This document shows positions 60,953 to 64,000 of a DNA stretch of 64,000 bases, in pieces. Positions within the stretch are counted from its first letter, which is position 1. Each line of letters opens with the position of its first letter. The notes beneath the pieces are model-generated. The model did no database searches, had not been told where the DNA came from, and saw only the letters and a list, made by a program, of their open reading frames with translations. This stretch comes from Opitutales bacterium (GTDB taxonomy: Bacteria > Verrucomicrobiota > Verrucomicrobiia > Opitutales > UBA2987), in the NCBI GenBank assembly GCA_965226885.1, contig CBDDEL010000013.1, positions 416,001 to 480,000 of the forward strand. Direction: 5' to 3'. A program made the position numbers and the translations under genes.

Positions 60953-62185
60953 ATGATTTTTGAAATTTTCATGGGGTTGGTCACTTTTACAACCGTCGTG
61001 CTGTCTTTGGTGGTCATTACCCTGATCGCCAAAGCGATGCTGGTGCAAAGTGGAGATATCACCATCTCGATCAATGGCGATCCCAGCAAATCGCTTACCG
61101 TACCGGCCGGAGGGAAGCTTCTGACGGCCCTGGCGGGTGAAAAAATATTCATTTCCTCGGCCTGTGGAGGCGGTGGCACCTGTGGCCAATGCACAGTGAA
61201 AATTACCGAGGGGGGAGGCGATATCCTGGCTACCGAACTCTCCCAAATCACTAAACGCGAGGCGCGCGAGGGGATGCGCCTCTCCTGCCAGGTAGCCGTC
61301 AAGCAGGATATGAAAATCGAGGTCCCGGCGGAGGTCTTCGAGATCAAGAAATGGAATTGTAAAGTGCGCTCCAACCTCGACGTGGCCACCTTTATCAAGG
61401 AGCTTGTGTTGGAACTTCCGCCGGATGACGACCTGGATTTCCGGGCCGGGGGGTTTATCCAGATCGAATGTCCCCCCCACGAGCTCAGTTATGAAGAATT
61501 TGACATCGACGAGCAATACAAGCCGGATTGGGATCAATTCAACCTCTGGCGTTATCGTTCCAAGGTCGATGAAACGGTGGTGCGGGCCTATTCCATGGCC
61601 AATTATCCGGAAGAAAAGGGCATTGTTATGCTCAATGTCCGCATTGCCACGCCTCCGCCGCGAGGCCCGGAGGGGATCCCCCCGGGGAAAATGTCATCCT
61701 ATATCTACAAACTCAACCCAGGGGACGATGTCACAATATCTGGGCCGTTCGGGGAATTTTATGCCAAAGAAACCGATGCCGAGATGATATTTGTCGGCGG
61801 CGGCGCCGGCATGGCCCCCATGAGGTCGCATATTTTCGACCAGCTCATACGTCTAAATTCAAAAAGAAAGATCACTTTTTGGTACGGCGCCCGCAGCCTG
61901 CGGGAAATGTTTTACACGGAAGATTACGACATGCTCCAGCGTGAGCATGAAAATTTCACTTGGCACGTGGCCCTGTCCGAACCCCTGCCGGAGGATAATT
62001 GGGAGGGCTACACCGGTTTCATTCACCAGGTTCTCCTGGAAAATTACCTCAAAAACCATCCCGCCCCCGAAGATTGTGAGTATTATATCTGCGGCCCTCC
62101 AATGATGCTTACCGCCGTCCTGAAAATGCTTGATGACCTCGGTGTTGAAGAGGAGAATATCCTTTTTGATGACTTCGGGGGTTAA
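60953..62185 (+). CDS. nqrF: Na+-NQR subunit F
   Basis: N-terminal [12 protein letters not shown] 2Fe-2[25 protein letters not shown]. Confidence 0.96.
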   Translation: MIFEIFMGLVTFTTVVLSLVVITLIAKAMLVQSGDITISINGDPSKSLTVPAGGKLLTALAGEKIFISSACGGGGTCGQCTVKITEGGGDILATELSQITKREAREGMRLSCQVAVKQDMKIEVPAEVFEIKKWNCKVRSNLDVATFIKELVLELPPDDDLDFRAGGFIQIECPPHELSYEEFDIDEQYKPDWDQFNLWRYRSKVDETVVRAYSMANYPEEKGIVMLNVRIATPPPRGPEGIPPGKMSSYIYKLNPGDDVTISGPFGEFYAKETDAEMIFVGGGAGMAPMRSHIFDQLIRLNSKRKITFWYGARSLREMFYTEDYDMLQREHENFTWHVALSEPLPEDNWEGYTGFIHQVLLENYLKNHPAPEDCEYYICGPPMMLTAVLKMLDDLGVEEENILFDDFGG

Positions 62186-63224
62186 ATCGCTTGTTTTCCC
62201 GCTCTGCGGTTTGGCCCTGCTTTTGATATTCGGGGGCTGCGGCAAATCTCCTCACGAAACAGTTGCCGTCCGGCCATTGATTTTCTCCGGCCCCACCATG
62301 GGAACTTACTATCGGGTTACCCTTGCCGCCGAGCCCGCCGATTTTCCCCACGATAAAATAAAAGCGGTCATTGAAGACAGGCTGGACGACATAAACGCCA
62401 AAATGTCAACCTATAGGGCTGATTCCGAGCTTTCCCGCTTCAATCAATATAGGGGGACGGATTGGTTTCCGGTATCCGGGGATACCGCCACAGTCGTTAC
62501 CGAGGCGTTGCAAATCCATCGGCTTACCGGTGGCGCTTTCGACATTACGGTTGGGCCGCTGGTCAACCTTTGGGGATTCGGGCCGCCGGAAAAAAGAACC
62601 GAGCCTCCCGCCCAAGATAAAATTGAGAGCGCCCGCGACAAGATCGGCTCGCAACACTTACAGGTTCGCCCCTCTCCACCGGCCCTCAAAAAAGACATCG
62701 GCGATCTCTATGTAGACCTTTCCGCAATTGCCAAAGGCTACGCCGTCGATGCCGTGGCCAAATCTCTGGAATCCATGGGGATTGTCGATTTTATCGTCGA
62801 TATCGGTGGCGACATGCTGGCCAAAGGCCGAAAAAAGGATAGCTCCTTTTGGAAAATTGCCATTGAAAGCCCGATCGTTGAGGATAGAGAAATTCAGCGC
62901 GCCATCGGGGTCAGTAATTTGGCGGTGGCGACTTCGGGGGATTACCGGAACTATTTTGAAGCGAACGGGCAGAGGTATTCCCATGAGATCGATCCGCGAA
63001 CTGGCTGGCCCATCCGCCATGCCCTGGCCTCTGTCACGGTTCTGGACCCTTCCTGTATGCGTGCCGACGCCTGGGCCACGGCCCTCATCGTTCTGGGTCC
63101 AGTAGAAGGTTTTAAAATGGTTGAAAAAAGAAACCTAGAGGCCTATTTTATCATCAAAGGAGAAGATGGATTCCTTGAAAAGGAAACAAGAGGCTTTAAA
63201 CAGATGTCCATTAACCGGCCATAA
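62169..63224 (+). CDS. apbE: FAD:protein FMN transferase lipoprotein
   Basis: Lipobox [38 protein letters not shown]. Confidence 0.93.
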   Translation: MTSGVKSLVFPLCGLALLLIFGGCGKSPHETVAVRPLIFSGPTMGTYYRVTLAAEPADFPHDKIKAVIEDRLDDINAKMSTYRADSELSRFNQYRGTDWFPVSGDTATVVTEALQIHRLTGGAFDITVGPLVNLWGFGPPEKRTEPPAQDKIESARDKIGSQHLQVRPSPPALKKDIGDLYVDLSAIAKGYAVDAVAKSLESMGIVDFIVDIGGDMLAKGRKKDSSFWKIAIESPIVEDREIQRAIGVSNLAVATSGDYRNYFEANGQRYSHEIDPRTGWPIRHALASVTVLDPSCMRADAWATALIVLGPVEGFKMVEKRNLEAYFIIKGEDGFLEKETRGFKQMSINRP

Positions 63225-63233
63225 GGCAGAATT

Positions 63234-63443
63234 ATGATCTACGTTGTCACCCTTTGCATCTTTCTCATCGTCATCGCCGTCATGTCGGTGGGGGTGATAT
63301 TCGGCAAACGTGAAATCAAGGGAAGCTGTGGCGGGGTGGGAGGATGCGAGCTTTGCGGCGACGAAGGCGATAATAAAATAGATCCCATTAGCGGTTGCAA
63401 GGAGCAGGAACGGGTTGTTGAAACTCAAAAATCAGTAACTTGA
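63234..63443 (+). CDS. nqrM: Na+-NQR maturation factor NqrM
   Basis: TM helix, MSVGVIFG, IKGSCGG, extra Cys residues; follows apbE. Confidence 0.85.
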   Translation: MIYVVTLCIFLIVIAVMSVGVIFGKREIKGSCGGVGGCELCGDEGDNKIDPISGCKEQERVVETQKSVT

Positions 63444-63510
63444 CCGGTTCGTCATTGAATCGTTTTTTTGGCCCTGCATCCCGCATAGATTTGCCCAATA
63501 TATTGTTGGC

Positions 63511-64000
63511 TTATGAGTCGGGTGGCATTTCGGATTTCAGGAACTGATGGACCGCCTGAGGGCTTATGCCCAGGAGCCGGGCGGCTTCACTCTTGTTGCC
63601 TTTTGCCTTTTCGAGGGCTTCGAAAATCAATCGTTTGCGCATGGCGCCGAGGTATTTTTCCATGGAAAATCCTTCTTGCACAACCGGCGATTCTCTTTCT
63701 GGTATCCGGTAATGGGCCGTTTGCATGTCGTCAGTCTGTAAATCCTCTGGTTCGAGGAGGGATTTGGGGCAGAGCATGGCTGCGCGTTCGATTACGTTTT
63801 GCAAATCGCGGATGTTCCCCGGCCAGGGCTGTTTTTCCAGGTTTTCGAGGCTCCTTACGCATAGTTGCTTAGGGATTTTCAGGGAATTGTTGATTCTTTC
63901 CAAAATGTAGAGGGCAAGTTTGGATATATCGCTTCTTCTTTCTCTCAATGTAGGAAGCCAGATTTCCCCCACCCTGAGCCGATAATAAAGGTCGTCTCGA
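63511..64000 (-). CDS. Sigma-54-dependent Fis-family regulator, C-terminal part (runs off the window)
   Basis: DLYYRL, WPGNIRDL, GNKSEAARLLGIS. Confidence 0.88.
   Translation of the reverse strand, partial: RDDLYYRLRVGEIWLPTLRERRSDISKLALYILERINNSLKIPKQLCVRSLENLEKQPWPGNIRDLQNVIERAAMLCPKSLLEPEDLQTDDMQTAHYRIPERESPVVQEGFSMEKYLGAMRKRLIFEALEKAKGNKSEAARLLGISPQAVHQFLKSEMPPDS

Overview
Bacterial chromosomal window. The gene repertoire and surface-protein architecture suggest Verrucomicrobiota/Opitutales; this is an inference, not a database result. Intact housekeeping genes include metF, ggt, galE, fabF-acp-desaturase, clpS, lpxI, leuS, an htrA pair, ribE, udg, ubiE, a clpX-like gene, HU, hisS, phoD, mog and nqrABCDEF-apbE-nqrM. 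Twelve mobile elements cover about 13.8 kb (~21%): five copies of one IS1-family element, a second IS1-family element, three ISNCY/IS5-like elements, one IS1380, one IS630 and an HUH (RAYT-like) transposase gene. Four of them form a nested IS630-in-IS1380-in-ISNCY-in-IS1 stack. Many accessory genes are freshly broken by IS insertion, short tandem duplications, small deletions or a nonsense codon, which fits early genome erosion in a host-associated lineage. The most notable items are: (1) a RAYT-like HUH nuclease gene bounded by perfect 23-bp inverted repeats; (2) a Trp-rich C-terminal domain shared by LRR surface proteins, a candidate sorting or anchoring signal; (3) an IS1 variant whose insB lies in the +1 rather than -1 frame; (4) a recurrent short tandem-duplication signature; (5) an active/inactive HtrA pair; (6) a FabF-ACP-phytoene-desaturase-like lipid cluster; (7) a probable 6S RNA.
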